The position numbers were made by a program, and so were the translations under genes. The notes under the pieces are model-generated. The model was not told the DNA's origin and did not search any database. It saw only the letters and a program-made list of their open reading frames with translations. From positions 54,498,001 to 54,562,000 of the forward strand of contig OX597831.1 of the NCBI GenBank assembly GCA_951406725.2: 64,000 nt of DNA. Direction: 5' to 3'. The DNA is from Octopus vulgaris (taxonomy: Eukaryota). This document shows positions 21,813 to 35,180 of this stretch, piece after piece; the first letter of the stretch is position 1; every line of letters starts with the position of its first letter.

Positions 21813-23695
21813 TATGATGCATATCCACACCTTGTTTGAATGTATTCTCAAAAGTAAGCAGGTTGTGTAAGTTAGCTTCTATCACAAACTAGATTTGAAC
21901 AGATGTTCTGGCGATAAATTGCTTGAAAGAAATTAATATAATGATTAAACTCTTTCATAATGACTTCTTTGTTAACCATGGTAATCTGAATACTGAATTT
22001 TCATTGGTTTACTTTAGTATTTTTGCTTTCCTATATTTTGAATATTCAACTCTACTACATTCACTGTTGAATATATTTTATTCAGTGCAAAAACAAATTT
22101 ACTGAGTCCAAGCTACTTTGTATCATTACAACCTTTATAAGCATTACCATGTGTTCGTAGTGCAAATTTCTTTTGCCTGTTCTTTTGCTCCCTACAATTG
22201 CATTCTCTTTCTACTTTAAATCTTGTCTGTCTTGTTCATCATTCTATTTAAGTTGCTGTTCTCACTTCATTCTCTGAGCTTACCTTTTAATTATATAACA
22301 ATTTAGCTGACAGGTTGTTCTTTTGGTATATCAAGAATTTCTGATGATTAATAAATAAATTATTCCCATAGCGTTGTGTATATTTATGAACAAAATTTCT
22401 TTTTACATTGAGTCTGTTTTAAAACAAGATGCTAAACAATGCTAGTTACTCAATTCACAGAGGTTTCTTTATGTAATGTTAGCTTCTATTGAAAACTCTC
22501 TAAATATTTTCAATTGTCTGTATTGTGTTCAATGTGAGTGTCTATTTGCTCCACAGATTAACAAAAGGTTTATTTACTTTCTAGGTTGGTTCTTAAACGT
22601 ATGAATTACTACTGGGAACTATTTGTTGTGTATGTAGAATTCTTAAACTAAAAATATTGAATCAACTGTTAATTTTATTAACATTTGGACCTCTGTTCAA
22701 TTCCATTTGGATTAACTGATTTATTTATTTTAATTTTATTATAACTAACTTAATGTCTTAAATTAACATTTTAATTTAATTGATTTAGATACTAAAATTT
22801 TATAATAATTTCCTTTTGGAGGCTGTTCATTTCTAAGAATAAATGGACAGCATAAAATCCTAACGTGATATTTAGTTTCGAGAGCAAACTTTCTTCTGTA
22901 GAAAATCTGTAGCAAATGAAAAACAAATGCTTTTTTTTTTTTTTAAGTATTTAATTTGAGAGTTTTTTAATATTTTATTTACTGCAAATAAGAACAATCT
23001 TGTTATTTCATCACATTTGCATTCTAACTGTATGTAGTTTTTTTTTTTTTTATGTTTAGAATATTTCTAGCTGGCAACTTGAAATTACAGCACATTGCAT
23101 ATCAGCTAAATTTAGATATTTACATTTTCAATTGGTTTCGTGTTTGTTTGTTTTTTGGCTAATGTCTTCAAATCATAACGACTTTAGTCTTCAATGTGTG
23201 TATGTGTGTGTGAGAAAGAGAGAGAGAGAGAATGCTTAGATTTTGAAAAGCAAAGAAGCAAATATTGTATCATTAGTTATCTTCTGTTCCCATAAACACA
23301 TCCTCTGTGATTCTATAATCAATTTGGAATAAATCTTAAGTCTTTCTGGCCTCAATTAAAGGCTGTTACTTGTTTACCCATACCCATCTTCTCTCTTACA
23401 CACATTCATGCTTGCATGCAAGTAGGCTCTCTCTCATTCTTTATGATTGCTATAACACTTAAAACGCCATTTAACAGATTTAAGTTATTCAAAAAAAAAA
23501 CAAACAAACAAGGAAACAATTTTTTTTAAAAACTGATTCTAAAATTGTGGTCATTTGTTAGCAAAAATAAACTGCAAACATATTTCACACTTCATTTATT
23601 AGTAATTCTATTACTGTTTGCTAACCTACTAATTGTCGTTGTATTTTCTATATTGCACTGTATCTTTGATTCATTATTATTGTTATTATGATGTG

Positions 23696-24430
23696 AAGGC
23701 AGTGAGCTGGCAGAATTATTAGCATACTGGGCAGAATGCTACTGGGGTACACTTTACCTTTCATCCTTTCAGGGTTGAAAAATAAGTACCTGTTGAGCAC
23801 TGGGGTCTATGAAATTGACTTCAGCCCCTCCCCTGAAATTTCAAATCTTATGCCTATAGTAGAAAGGATTATTATTATATGATGGTAGTGAGCTGGCAGA
23901 ATCGTTAGCATACTGGGCAAAATGTCTAGCTGGATTTCATCCGTCTTTATGTTCTGAGTTCAAATTCTGCCGAGGCCGACTTTGCCTGTCATTCTTTTGG
24001 GTGGTGAGCTGGCAGAATTGTTTGCACACCGGGCTAAATGCTTAGCAGCATTTCTTCTGTCTTTATGTTCTGCTTACAAATTCTGCTGAAATTGACTTTG
24101 CCTTTCATCCTTTTGAGGTCAATAGAATATCAGTTGAACAACGGGATCAATGTAATTGACTTTCTTCTTCCTCCTGAAACTGCTAGCCATTATTGTTATT
24201 ATTATTAAAGAGGTGAGCTGGCAGAATTATTAGTATGCTGGGAAAGATGCATAGTGTCATTTTGTACATCTTTTACATTCTGTGTTCAAATTCTGCTGAG
24301 GTCAACTTAACTTTTTATCCTTTTGAGATCAATAAAATAAGTACCATTTGTACAAAGGAGTTGATGTAATCGATTTATCCCTCCCCTAAACTTGCTGGTC
24401 TTGTGCCAAAATTTGAAACCATTATTATTA
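23696..24430 (+). mobile_element. Head-to-tail cluster of four SINE family B copies (Nin/Deu-like central domain)
   Basis: GGYRGTGAGCTGGCAGAAT heads at about 23698, 23884, 24002 and 24211. GACTTTGCCTTTCATCCTTT..GGTC.ATAAAATAAGTACC core; (ATT)n tails. Confidence 0.82.
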
Positions 24431-24433
24431 TTT

Positions 24434-24975
24434 AGTGAGAGAGCAGCACATGCCATCACAGTGACATTGGGGTACAAATATACGAAGCCCAATATATAAA
24501 AAATGAGTACTTGTCTGATAAAGGTACACCAGGCACATGCATCACAACCATATGTGCGTAGCACGGTGATTTCATATCAAGATAAACAGCACATGACCTT
24601 GCTGGTAGAGCCCAGTTAGAATTTTCATCAGGCTGAGTAGCTGATCCTGCTCAAAAGGTCTCTGAATAAGGTTTAAGTGATGATGAATGAAACACCCAAT
24701 TCAAACCTACCAAAATTCCTTTCAACACATAGCTATGAAGCTCCCTCACTATTTTTGCTTGTGATCAGAGATACTCATATCATCAGCCACTAAGGAACAT
24801 GCTCAACTGGTTATGTTCAAGTAACTGACAAGCAAATCTGTGGTATTGAGCAGAATATTTGTTGTAGCTCATCTTTTATACCAAGACAAAACATGTACAG
24901 GATAACACTTCCAATCAGTTAACATCAAAAGTCACGAGAGCCACTGTCTGATACTGCATTACAGCATTTATGATT
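24434..24975. mobile_element. Unclassified ~540-bp insert between ATT-rich runs
   Basis: Complex sequence, less AT-rich than its flanks, bounded by ATTATTATTATTT and ATGATTATT inside the SINE B cluster. Single copy in the window. Confidence 0.4.
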
Positions 24976-24987
24976 ATTAACATCATT

Positions 24988-25335
24988 AGGCAAGCTGGCA
25001 GAATCATTAGCATGCTGAGTGAAATACTTAGTGGTATTTCATTTGTCTTCACATTCTGGGTTCAAATTTTGCTGAGGTCGACTTTACCTTTTATCCTTTT
25101 GGGGTCAATAAATTAAGTACCAGTGAAAGACTGGGGTCGATGTAATCAACTAGTCCCCTCCCCCAAAATATCAGCCCTCGTGCCTTTAGCAGAAAGTATT
25201 ATTATTATAATTCTTAAAGCAGTGAGCTGGCAGAATCATTAGCATGTTGGACGAAATGCTTTGTGGCATTTCTTCTAGCTCTTTAGATTGTGTTCAAATC
25301 CTACCTTGGTCAACACTGCTTTTCATTCTTTTTTA
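24988..25335 (+). mobile_element. Two further SINE family B copies
   Basis: GCTGGCAGAATCATTAGCATG heads at about 24990 and 25220. The first is complete through AGAAAGTATTATTATT. Confidence 0.8.
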
Positions 25336-27749
25336 TCAACCACTTAAGCACTAGGAATAAATAATGTGAAATTGAAGCAAAGAAAAGACAGAAGGCTTAA
25401 TTTGAAAAAAAATGTTATGGTTGAAGGATTGAGAGCAAATGTGTTTGGAGATTGTTGTGGAAGATGCTTTTATGAAGTTTGATTTGAAGTGGTGTGTGTG
25501 GTTGCATGCATTATTTGAAAGTATATTTGGATACATTTTATTTTAAGAAATAAGGATTTTTTTACCGAAGTAGTTAACTTTGGGTTTATTTAGAAGAGAC
25601 ACAGAAAGTTTCCATGATTATTTAGAAGAGAGATGGGAAGGTTTTCATGTTTTCCCAATACACTTTAGAATTGTAGGCAAATTCATTCCAAATGAAAGCA
25701 AAAACTGGAGTTACAGGTTGCATCTCTAACTGCTTCACTAGATTCTCAGCATTAATCTAAAATGACTTTTTGCGTAGACATGATATTTTAGATTTATTAG
25801 AAGAGGATTTAGAGGTTTTTAAGTGCATTACTGATATAGGTGAAGCAGTTCTAGTGCTGATTTAGTCACATTATTGGACCTGGTTTATCAGAGAATTTAT
25901 CACTTTGTATATTAAAAGATTGAGTATATTATGCTAGGTTTGTCTCACTATCTCAGCTCACAATAAAATCACTATCTGGCTGGATGTTTTTTTATCTGTA
26001 TTTTTTTTTTATGTGTTTTGTTGATTTTGGGGTAAGAAACAGAGATTGTCCTCCTTCATTGTACCAATCATTTTAAGAGGTCCCTCCAAAAAATTGACTA
26101 TAATTTTCTACGTACTTAGGGAGGGGCACAAAACACAAACTGGAGAAAAGATTTAGGGAGAAGAAAAGTGGTTTTAAAATTTGTTTCTCTATAGATTATA
26201 TGCCTTTAGATTAATGGAGTTATTTCTGGAGTTCATAAGGTGTCTAAGCAACATACTTAAATTTTCAATAAATTTTTTTTAAGACATTACATAAATCTTG
26301 TAAGTGGTTTTGATAGATGGAAACTGAAAGAAATGTATAGCTATGTTGTTTGTTTCTAGTCTTCTGTGAAAAACATGTCCGGCCATGGGGGAAATATTGC
26401 CTTGCTTAGAAACAAATGAGACTTAGTGACAGGAAGAGCATCTGGCTGTAGTAAAGCCTGCCTCAACAAATTTCATCTGACCTATGCAAGCATGGAAAAG
26501 TGAATGTTAGATGATGAGGATGACATTGTTGGCAGGTGATAACTGTGATGTGACATAGTTGCCTAATCAGAAAAAAATTGCTAGTTGTTTTCTACCTGTG
26601 AATATTTTATCAGTCTATTTCAATGTGCTGATATGGGAATCTTTTATATTTATTTTCATTTTTACCATTTTACAAAATTTTCCATTTTAGTATCCACTAT
26701 TTGGTTGTACAGTTTGACATAAATTTCCACAGGTTTTGGTGCAAAAGTTTTAGATGTTTTTCACAAACACCAAACATTTTAATCATGTAGTACAGTGGAC
26801 AACCTATTTTTGGCTAGTTTAACTGAAGACAATGATTAATGTGGTATTTACAATTTCTAACCTCTGAGTTTAGTCATTATTATCTACCTTTTTAATTACT
26901 TAGGCCACCACACCTATAGTAATGTCAAAGAATGGTGAATATTTAACATATTTTGTTTGAAACTCTAGCATTCCTCTATCAGATCTGTCACTTGAAAAAA
27001 ATTTAAATTGCACAAGATATATTTTATTGGAGTAGAGCATTGTTTATTTAGCTTTAGTATATCTGGTGAACAGACCTTGTTGCTAACAATCTGTTATAAA
27101 TTACCTTTTTAAAACCATCTAATCCATTCACTGAAACTGTGGCTTGCTACCAGGAATCTTCAGAATGTCAGTTATTTTGGGGTCACTATCAGTATAAATC
27201 TAAGGATTTTATTTTAGCAATTTAGTTTAATCTCGTCATGCTGCTGAATTGTTTGTAATGTATGTAATATTTGTCTGCTTTTATGTGGTGGGCACCATAA
27301 ACCATAGTCTTATTTTAAGATTGTAGGCAGGAGTTTGAGAAATTTGGCTGCTTTTTCTAGCAACTGTTGGCATTGTTGATATTAAGTTTAGGTAAACCTC
27401 GACAATCTTGTCTATATTTCTGACAGTTATCTAAGACAATATTCTTTTACTTTTGTTAGTTTCACTCATTGGACTATGGCCATATTGGGATGGCACTTTC
27501 AAAAGTTTTAATCAATCATATTAATTTCAATACTTGTTTCTGTCTGGTTCTTATTTTATTGATATCTATTTATCGACTGCTAAGTTAAAACTATAAAGGG
27601 ACACAAAATACTGGTGTCTGTCTAGCTATTTATCTATCTATCCATCCATCCATCCATCCATCCATCTATCCATCCATGTCATCCTGAGGGACGACCTAAA
27701 TAGATGGATAGATAGACTGGTGTAAACAAACACAAGCAGAGGAACACCT

Positions 27750-28830
27750 AGCATCACCACCATCATTGTATTGTTGTTTTTTTATTTTACTTTTTTTTTC
27801 TCAGGATTGTATGGGTTGGATGGGTCTACCAATATAACATCTTGCCAATTGTGATCTTTTGTCATTTCCATTGTGAGGCTCAACCGTTTGAGATCATCTT
27901 TCACCCCTTCTCATGTCTTCCTCAGTTACCTTCTTCTGCAAGTTACTTCCACTTGGACAACTTGGCAGTTCTTTACCCACCTGTCATTCTCCATATACAG
28001 CACAGCCTTCTTTCTTGCACACTATATCTAATTTTTCATGTACACAGTTTGTCTCTCAGTTCATTTCTGCCTCATTGTCCATGCACACTAACATTACCCA
28101 TCAGTTGAAACCTACTTGCTTCATTTCTATATACACTGTCTTTATACAACCTTTACATTTAATGCTCATGTTTTTCTGTCATTCAATACTTTATACACAA
28201 GCATCATACAATGTCCTTCACTCAGCGAGAGAATCCCTGTTGCCAGCTGAGGTAGTAACTATCAGAACGTTTTTCTTCTCATTCTTACTCTTGGCTGTTT
28301 ACCTTTTAGAACATCCTCCTCCACTGCTAATTACGTCACTTAAGTAATGAGCTATCAACTACTCCTCTGGAGCCTTTCAAGAATGATAACAAATTTATTT
28401 TACGGCTGCTTTCACTGCTAACTACTCCTGTGCATCTGCAGCATGTGAGGTCTTCCTTCTTTGTTAGTATACTTGAGATCCTGGTAGTTTACATTGAGTA
28501 CATTGTATGGAATTCTTATTACTTCTTTTCTGCATGCATATTGAGCATGGCTTGATTCCAGATGGTTGTAGAGTCTTGTCTTCTTCCTTCCTGTTAGCTA
28601 AACATTTGTGTTTGGTAGATTTACTTTGAAATCTCTTCATTCTAAGCTTTGTTTTCATCTTTGGAATTTTTTCTCTTACTCTTTGGGAGATCAACTTTGA
28701 GAACTATGTTAGCAGCACAAAGGAATTCCTATGGACAGCTGGTTTTAAACTCATCTTTTATGATCTGCAGAACTATTATAAAAAGTTGAGGACTGGACAC
28801 CTTTGTATGCTAAATTCTTAATTTATCTCA
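27750..28830 (-). mobile_element. Decayed RTE-type LINE fragment
   Basis: Minus ORF has PCSICMQKRSNKNSIQCTQCKL, the zinc-binding insert also seen in 2230-3480. Tail-like TATGGGTTGGATGGG near 27810. Confidence 0.55.
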
Positions 28831-30789
28831 CTACTTACTCGGATTTTATTGATGGCATCCTGGTTCTCAAAAGCCGTTCATCTACTTTTAGATGTAGACC
28901 TATACCTACTGTTAGGGATACATGTATGAGAGAGAGAGAGACAGAGATGAACTTGCACATATGATTATGTAATTTCTGTCTATAAGACCCCGTTTACAAC
29001 AAAAGTATTGATCAATATTTGGCTGTTGCAGAAGATCTCCAGGTTTCTCTTCATAGGACTGGGCTAGGAACATTAGGATTGAACCTTGAACAAAATGGAA
29101 CAAATTTTGAAAGATGGCTTTTACATCATTATCATCATTTAATGTTGAGGTTTTGCAAAATATAGTGTTGAAAAAATTTAATCTTTATAAGAGTGTTTGC
29201 AGAAATGGTAATATCAGGTAAAATGCTTTGCAGTATTTAGTTACATCTATTTACATTGTGAGTTCAAATCCTTCTGAGACTCAAATTACTTCTTCCCTCT
29301 AATGTCAATAAAATAGATAATATCAGGCTTGTACTGGGATCAGTTCAATCGATTTCATCTTCCACTATTAATTTATTTTTATGTGCTATTGTTAGAAATC
29401 GATCAGAAATCAATATCCTAATCTTTATTAACACTACATTTTAGGCCCCTGCACCCAACTTTTTTTTTCTTTTGTATAAATCTGCCATTTCTGCAGTAGA
29501 TGAAGCACTAGGGTTGCTTCCTTCTCTAATATCTCTGTTTCTATTTAGTCACAATATTAAATGACCAGATAAAATACATAAAAAGAAAACTTCTTCACTA
29601 TGATAAAAGAAACTAAGCCGTAATGTGTGTGTGTGTGTGTGTGTGTGTGATTTGAAATCAGTATCGTGTGTCAAAGGAAGAATGAAATTTTAATTAGAGA
29701 TTATGAAAGATTTATAAAGAATAATACAATAATTCTTTTTCTAGGAAAAACACAGATTGGTGGGTGGGGGATGTACTTGCTGGCCTTCAGTGTTTAAGAG
29801 GGGTCATTAAAAAGAAAAAAAAAATATGTGAAAAACACTCAGCTCAAAGCTTACAACACTCGTTTTTGGAAATAGACTTACTGCCCTGATGTATTATAAA
29901 AGCATTCTTTTAGAATATTTCAGGTCTTATTTTAGTCACCTTTATGGTGATTTTTATTCTTTTCTATGTTCAGTATATTGTTGCTAACATTACTGCGGAG
30001 CACATTTTTTTTTTTTATTTCACTTGGGATGGTCTTTATTTTCTTAAATAAGCAGTTTGCTAAGGTTTTGGTTTTCTATTTTCAGTCTTTGTTATAAAGC
30101 GGAATTATATACACTTCCTACAGCTAATGTTACATATAATCTGATCATGTATTACTCACTCTCTTTACCACTTCTCAAGAATGAATGTAATGCAAAGGGA
30201 TTGTTTGAAAAGACTTATAGTTTTATATTAATTTTTGGTTTATGAAGTACAATTACTTGCAGTTATAAAATGAAACTATGTTTTTATCAAAATGTAATAT
30301 TTAGATCTATATTCAAAATTTTTTCTGATAGATATTATGAAAAAATTAGCCCGCAAACATTTTACTATATTCCCTTTGACTGTTACTGATTTTTATATTT
30401 AATTTTTAAATGAATGCTTCTATGTTCCTAGTGAAAAGCAAGTCCTGTGCTGCTAAAACTTGCTTTGAACATCTGAAGGGTAGGTTCCAGTTATGGTAGT
30501 TTATTACTTGGGGTTGATTATGATCAATCCTAATGTGGAATTTTGTTAATGAGTTCTTTGGATTTAACTCAAATTGAAAAAACTCATTAAGCCAGAAGAT
30601 ATCTCAGTTTCCAAAGTGTGTAAGCAACTGAAAACACAAGGACACCAGTCCATTGTAGACTACTGCTCTCAATTTACTGACTAGGCTGAGAATTGAAACC
30701 AATGATGTTACAGTTGGAAATCTAAAACCCTAACCACTAGGCTAAGGTCCTTTGCCTGTTCAGTTTGATAAAAAGTTGTTTTTTTAAAT

Positions 30790-31120
30790 CTTGTTACAGT
30801 CATTGGACTGCCTTGAAGAGTTTAATTGAATAAATCAACCCCAGTACTTACATTTTAAGTCTTATACTTATTTTACAGGTCTCTTTTTGTCAAACTGCTA
30901 AGTTACAGGAATATAAACAAATACTGGCTTTTAGGCAGCACACACAGATAAACACACACACACTCCCCCCCCCCCCTATATATATATCAAATTCACTCAC
31001 AAGGCATTAAATGGGCTGGGGCTATAGTAGAAGATACTTACTCAAGGTGTCACATGCTGGGACTGAACCTGAAACCCCATAGTTGCAATGCAAGCTTCTT
31101 AACCACACTGCTATACCTGC
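30790..31120 (-). mobile_element. SINE family A, diverged
   Basis: Reverse complement of the head (GGGACTGAACC...TTAACCACAC) and body. Confidence 0.7.
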
Positions 31121-31764
31121 AGAGAATACTTTTAAAGTTTTTGCTTGAATGGAAGGTTTTTGTGGTAAATCGTCCATAGCAGCTACGCAGACAAATAGTT
31201 GACCTAACAATCTAATAGCATGAAATCTGAAACTATGAACTGTTGTCCTCTTTATAGAGGATACCATTGAGAGTGAGTCAGCGAGGCAGTGTCTACATGG
31301 TTGCTTGGTTTACTAGCTATAGTTACCAAACTTTTGAGGAAAGGAAATATACATGTGTGTCCGAGACAGTGTACTCTTAGAAATGAGATGGTCACACTTG
31401 AATGACTTTGATCATAAGTCTGCTCAATCAGGTCATCAATGAGATGAATAAAGAAATGTTATTGAAGGAAAAATTTTTTTAAATACTTTTGCTTGTTGTA
31501 GTGGGAGTAATTGTTGGTAAATTATAACTGCTATGTTCTGGTCTAAAGAAAGTACTGATGGCATGATGGTGGGCAGCTATGCTCTATATTCAACCTCTGT
31601 TAATCTGAATATTTCGTTTTTTAATTTACTTGAAATTGTTCATTTCAGTTTTCTCCCATTTTCCTTTCTTTCATCAAAGTAACTGTTATGTTTCTGCCAA
31701 AGGTCCTCTTTCTCTTATTCAGCAATATGATTGTTAGTGAATATTGTGGGTTGATTCATTATCT

Positions 31765-32023
31765 TCATTTAATGTCCAATTTTCCCCTGAATTCATGTGT
31801 TGGACAGAGTTTATTTGAGGCAGATTTTTTTTATGTCGGATGCCCTGCCTGTTGCCAAACCTAACCTGTTTCCAAGCAAGGTAATATTTCTCCAAGGCCA
31901 GACATGTTCATGCAGAATATTGGAAACTACTCATATGACAGTGACACTCATTTACAACTATCACATGATATCAGGATAAGGGGACAGACACACACATACA
32001 TGTATACACTTACACATGTATAT

Positions 32024-32067
<44 letters not shown>

Positions 32068-32128
32068 GGCTCCTTTCAGTTTCTGTCAATCAAATCTACT
32101 CACAAGTCTGGTCAAACCAGGGTTATGT

Positions 32129-32178
<50 letters not shown>

Positions 32179-32358
32179 TTGCACATGTGCGCACACACAC
32201 ACACACAAGGCTCCTTTCAGTTTCTGTCAATCAAATCTACTCACAAGTCTGTGGTCAGACCAGGGTTATGGTAGAATACACTTGCCCAAGGTGCTTTGCT
32301 GTTGGACTGAATCCAGAATCATATGGTTGAGAAGCAAACTTCTTACTACACAGCCATT
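31765..32358 (-). mobile_element. SINE with family A head and RTE-type tail; contains (CT)n/(CA)n and a local ~60-bp duplication
   Basis: Head at 32205-32358; GGATGCCCTGCCTGTTGCCAA domain and TTTAATGTCCAATTTTCC tail. GGCTCCTTTCAGTTTCTGTCAATCAAATCTACTCACAAGTCTG occurs at 32068 and 32209. Confidence 0.7.
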
Positions 32359-34074
32359 AGAATTGGAGTAATTGCAAAAGTTGACTTTTCAATAACCACA
32401 AGGTTACTAAACAAAACCCCATGATACATTCATGGCTAACTTCACTGGACTTGTGAAAATTATCTTTGCCAGCAACATAGTACGCTGCCAGTAATAGGAT
32501 ATGGACCAGTAGGCCAGCGTCTTATTGATTTGGCTGCTTTATGGCTCTTCATCATATTTATTACCTTTTGAAAACGGCAACATTTTAAATTTGAAACTGC
32601 AAAAGCAAAATAAAAGAAATATCCAAGTTTAGAGCAATGATTAAGATAACTTGAGCAATTTTTTTTTTTATCTTTATTTTCAACAGATGGCTTCTCCAAT
32701 TGTTTTTCTGTCTACCCCCCCCTCACACCTCCCAATATCTTATACCTTTTGTCAGTCCATTAGAAATTTCTCAAAATTGTTCATGTTATTGAATATTTTC
32801 TCTTTTATTATTAAGTGCTGTTGTTACAACTATAGTCATTATTTAGTGGGGGAAAAAAAAAGATGGCTGAGAGTTAATTCCTTTTCCTTTTGATAGCTGT
32901 AGAAATAAAATTAATTTTAGATAATACTACTGTAGAAATAAAACTAATCTCAAATGAAAATAATAATGATAATAATAAAATCAAAAGCAAGAAGTATTTG
33001 ACTGCAAGAGTATGAAATACTGATGGGACTGGATACAGCAGATTCAAGCTGCTAGGTTTATCTATCACTTCCTAGACCAACTACTGCAAGATTTATGTTG
33101 TGAAAAGTGATATATTAGCTGTTGTGGCACAAAAATAATGACTGCACTCTACAATTGCTATTTCTAGAAATAGAAATAGTTATTCATAATGGCTGTCTGA
33201 CTTCAGAAAAATAAAACTATGGTGGAATTTCCAATATCCGTTTCTTTCTATGCACTGATTTCAGACTTTAAAAAAAAATCTATTTATGATTTGTTTATTA
33301 ATAAATTATCTTATTCATTATCATAAAGTAATGTTATTAAAGGACTGTTGTAGGCGGAATAGATTAATCTGGCTCAGGCTTGATTAATTGCATTGTATTA
33401 TTATTATTATTATTATCATCATATATTGTGCAGGGTGTAATGAGAGTTGTCTTCCTTACACATGAAATGTGTGAGTGTGTGGAAATACATACATATATAT
33501 ATATGTATATATGTATGTATATATATGTATGTATGTATGTATATATATGTATGTTTATGTATAATGAATAATAAAAAATGACATAGGAGAGAGAATAACA
33601 AATGTTATTAACTTAAAGCTTGAATGGAGAGAGAAAGTGTCTTAACATTTTGGGTGTTAGTCCTTTATCAGAAGAAAAAAAACCGAAATACATTGAGGGA
33701 AAGAGAGAGGGGAGGAAAACAAAGGTTTAGAAACTGGGTGGTAATGTTGTTTTATGGGGTGGAGAAATTAAAAAGGAAGGAGGGGCAGATGTATATATGA
33801 AGATATAGAAATATATATCTGTCTGGAAGCAAGTAGAAGAGGAGAGAGGTGCGTATATGGTTGCGTATGCGAGATGCTTGTGTGTGGAAGTATAATGTGG
33901 GTATATGAGGTGTGTGTATGTAATTATTGTGTGGTAAGATAGCTTGGGCGTGAAGAGGTGAAAATGAGTACAAGTGAGAGGAAAAAGTAAAAGGGGTATG
34001 TTGGTGAGGCAAGTTGGAAAGACAGGAGAACTTTAGTCTCTGGGTGAGAAACATTCAAGGCAGAGGAAAGGCGT

Positions 34075-34258
34075 AACCTGTTAGCATTCAAATTACTCTG
34101 CCAAATGTAATGCTTTTTTATTAATACTATTTTGAATTAATCATGTCTAGTTTTAGAATGACATTGTAGGTTAGGTGTGAGAGGTTAGATCAGGCCAATT
34201 TGAACATAAAACAGAAGGAATATTTGGACTGTATATGGCCGGTTTAAACACTAAAGGG
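34075..34258. mobile_element. piggyBac-type MITE (18739 family, inverted)
   Basis: Ends CTAAAGGG|TTAA; interior is the reverse complement of 18739-18960. Confidence 0.65.
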
Positions 34259-34814
34259 TTAAATTAAAATAAGCAAAAAATATGGGCCCTGTGAAGAGAA
34301 GGAAAAGGTATTCTATATGCATATTTGTATAAGATATAGTATATTTACCATTTGTATGTATAAGATATAGTATATGTACCATTTGTATATATGTATGTGT
34401 GTGTATAATTTTATGTACATGTGTACATGTATATATGTATAGTATATGTAGCTTATATGCATACACATCAAATAATGGGCATGAATAAAAGGTGAATGTC
34501 GTTTCTATCTCTGGAGCAGATTTAGAGTGCCACTAGGGTAACCTTTGTGAATTACGACACACAGTTATGACTTGATGTCAGAAGTTTTTGTCTGTATTGG
34601 ATTATTAACTTCTTCAATGTATATCATCACCTGTGCTAATGGTGCATTGCTGCTCCTGTTTTGTTTGTTAGCAATGTGATACTAAGTTGCTGACTTCAAT
34701 TAGACTTTAGTGACTTTGCCGTCTTACCAGTGTTACAAAATGTCTGGATACCAATTCCAAGATTTTGATCCTTATCTGGTATTAATTCACTTGATGAAAG
34801 GTATCTATTCAAGG

Positions 34815-35180
34815 TGGATGGCTGTGTTGTTAATAAGCTCATTTTGTAACCATAAGGTTTTGGGTTCAGTCCCACTGCATGGCACCTTTGGCAAGCGCCT
34901 TGTATTATAGCCCCAAGCTGATCAGTGCTTTGTGAGAAAATTTGGTTGACAGAAACCGTGTGGTAGCTTATTGTGCATACGTATATGTGCATCTTAGTTT
35001 GTAAACTGGTGTTAGTTTGCTTATGTCCCCATAACTTAACAGTTTGGCAATAGAGGCCAATAGAAAAAGTACCAGAATTGAAAAAAATAGTGCTCGGGTT
35101 GTTTTGTCTGATTAAAACCCTTAAAGATGGTATCCTGGCATATTCACAGCCCAAAGACTGAAACAAGTGTAAAAGATAAA
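34815..35180 (+). mobile_element. SINE family A, diverged
   Basis: GGGTTCAGTCCCACTGCATGGCACCTTTGGCAAG head; GACTGAAACAAG tail. Confidence 0.75.

Noticed and set aside
23696-25335. Recurrent GAGCTGGCAGAAT motif resembling a regular array
   Set aside because: Intervening sequences are homologous SINE bodies with irregular spacing.
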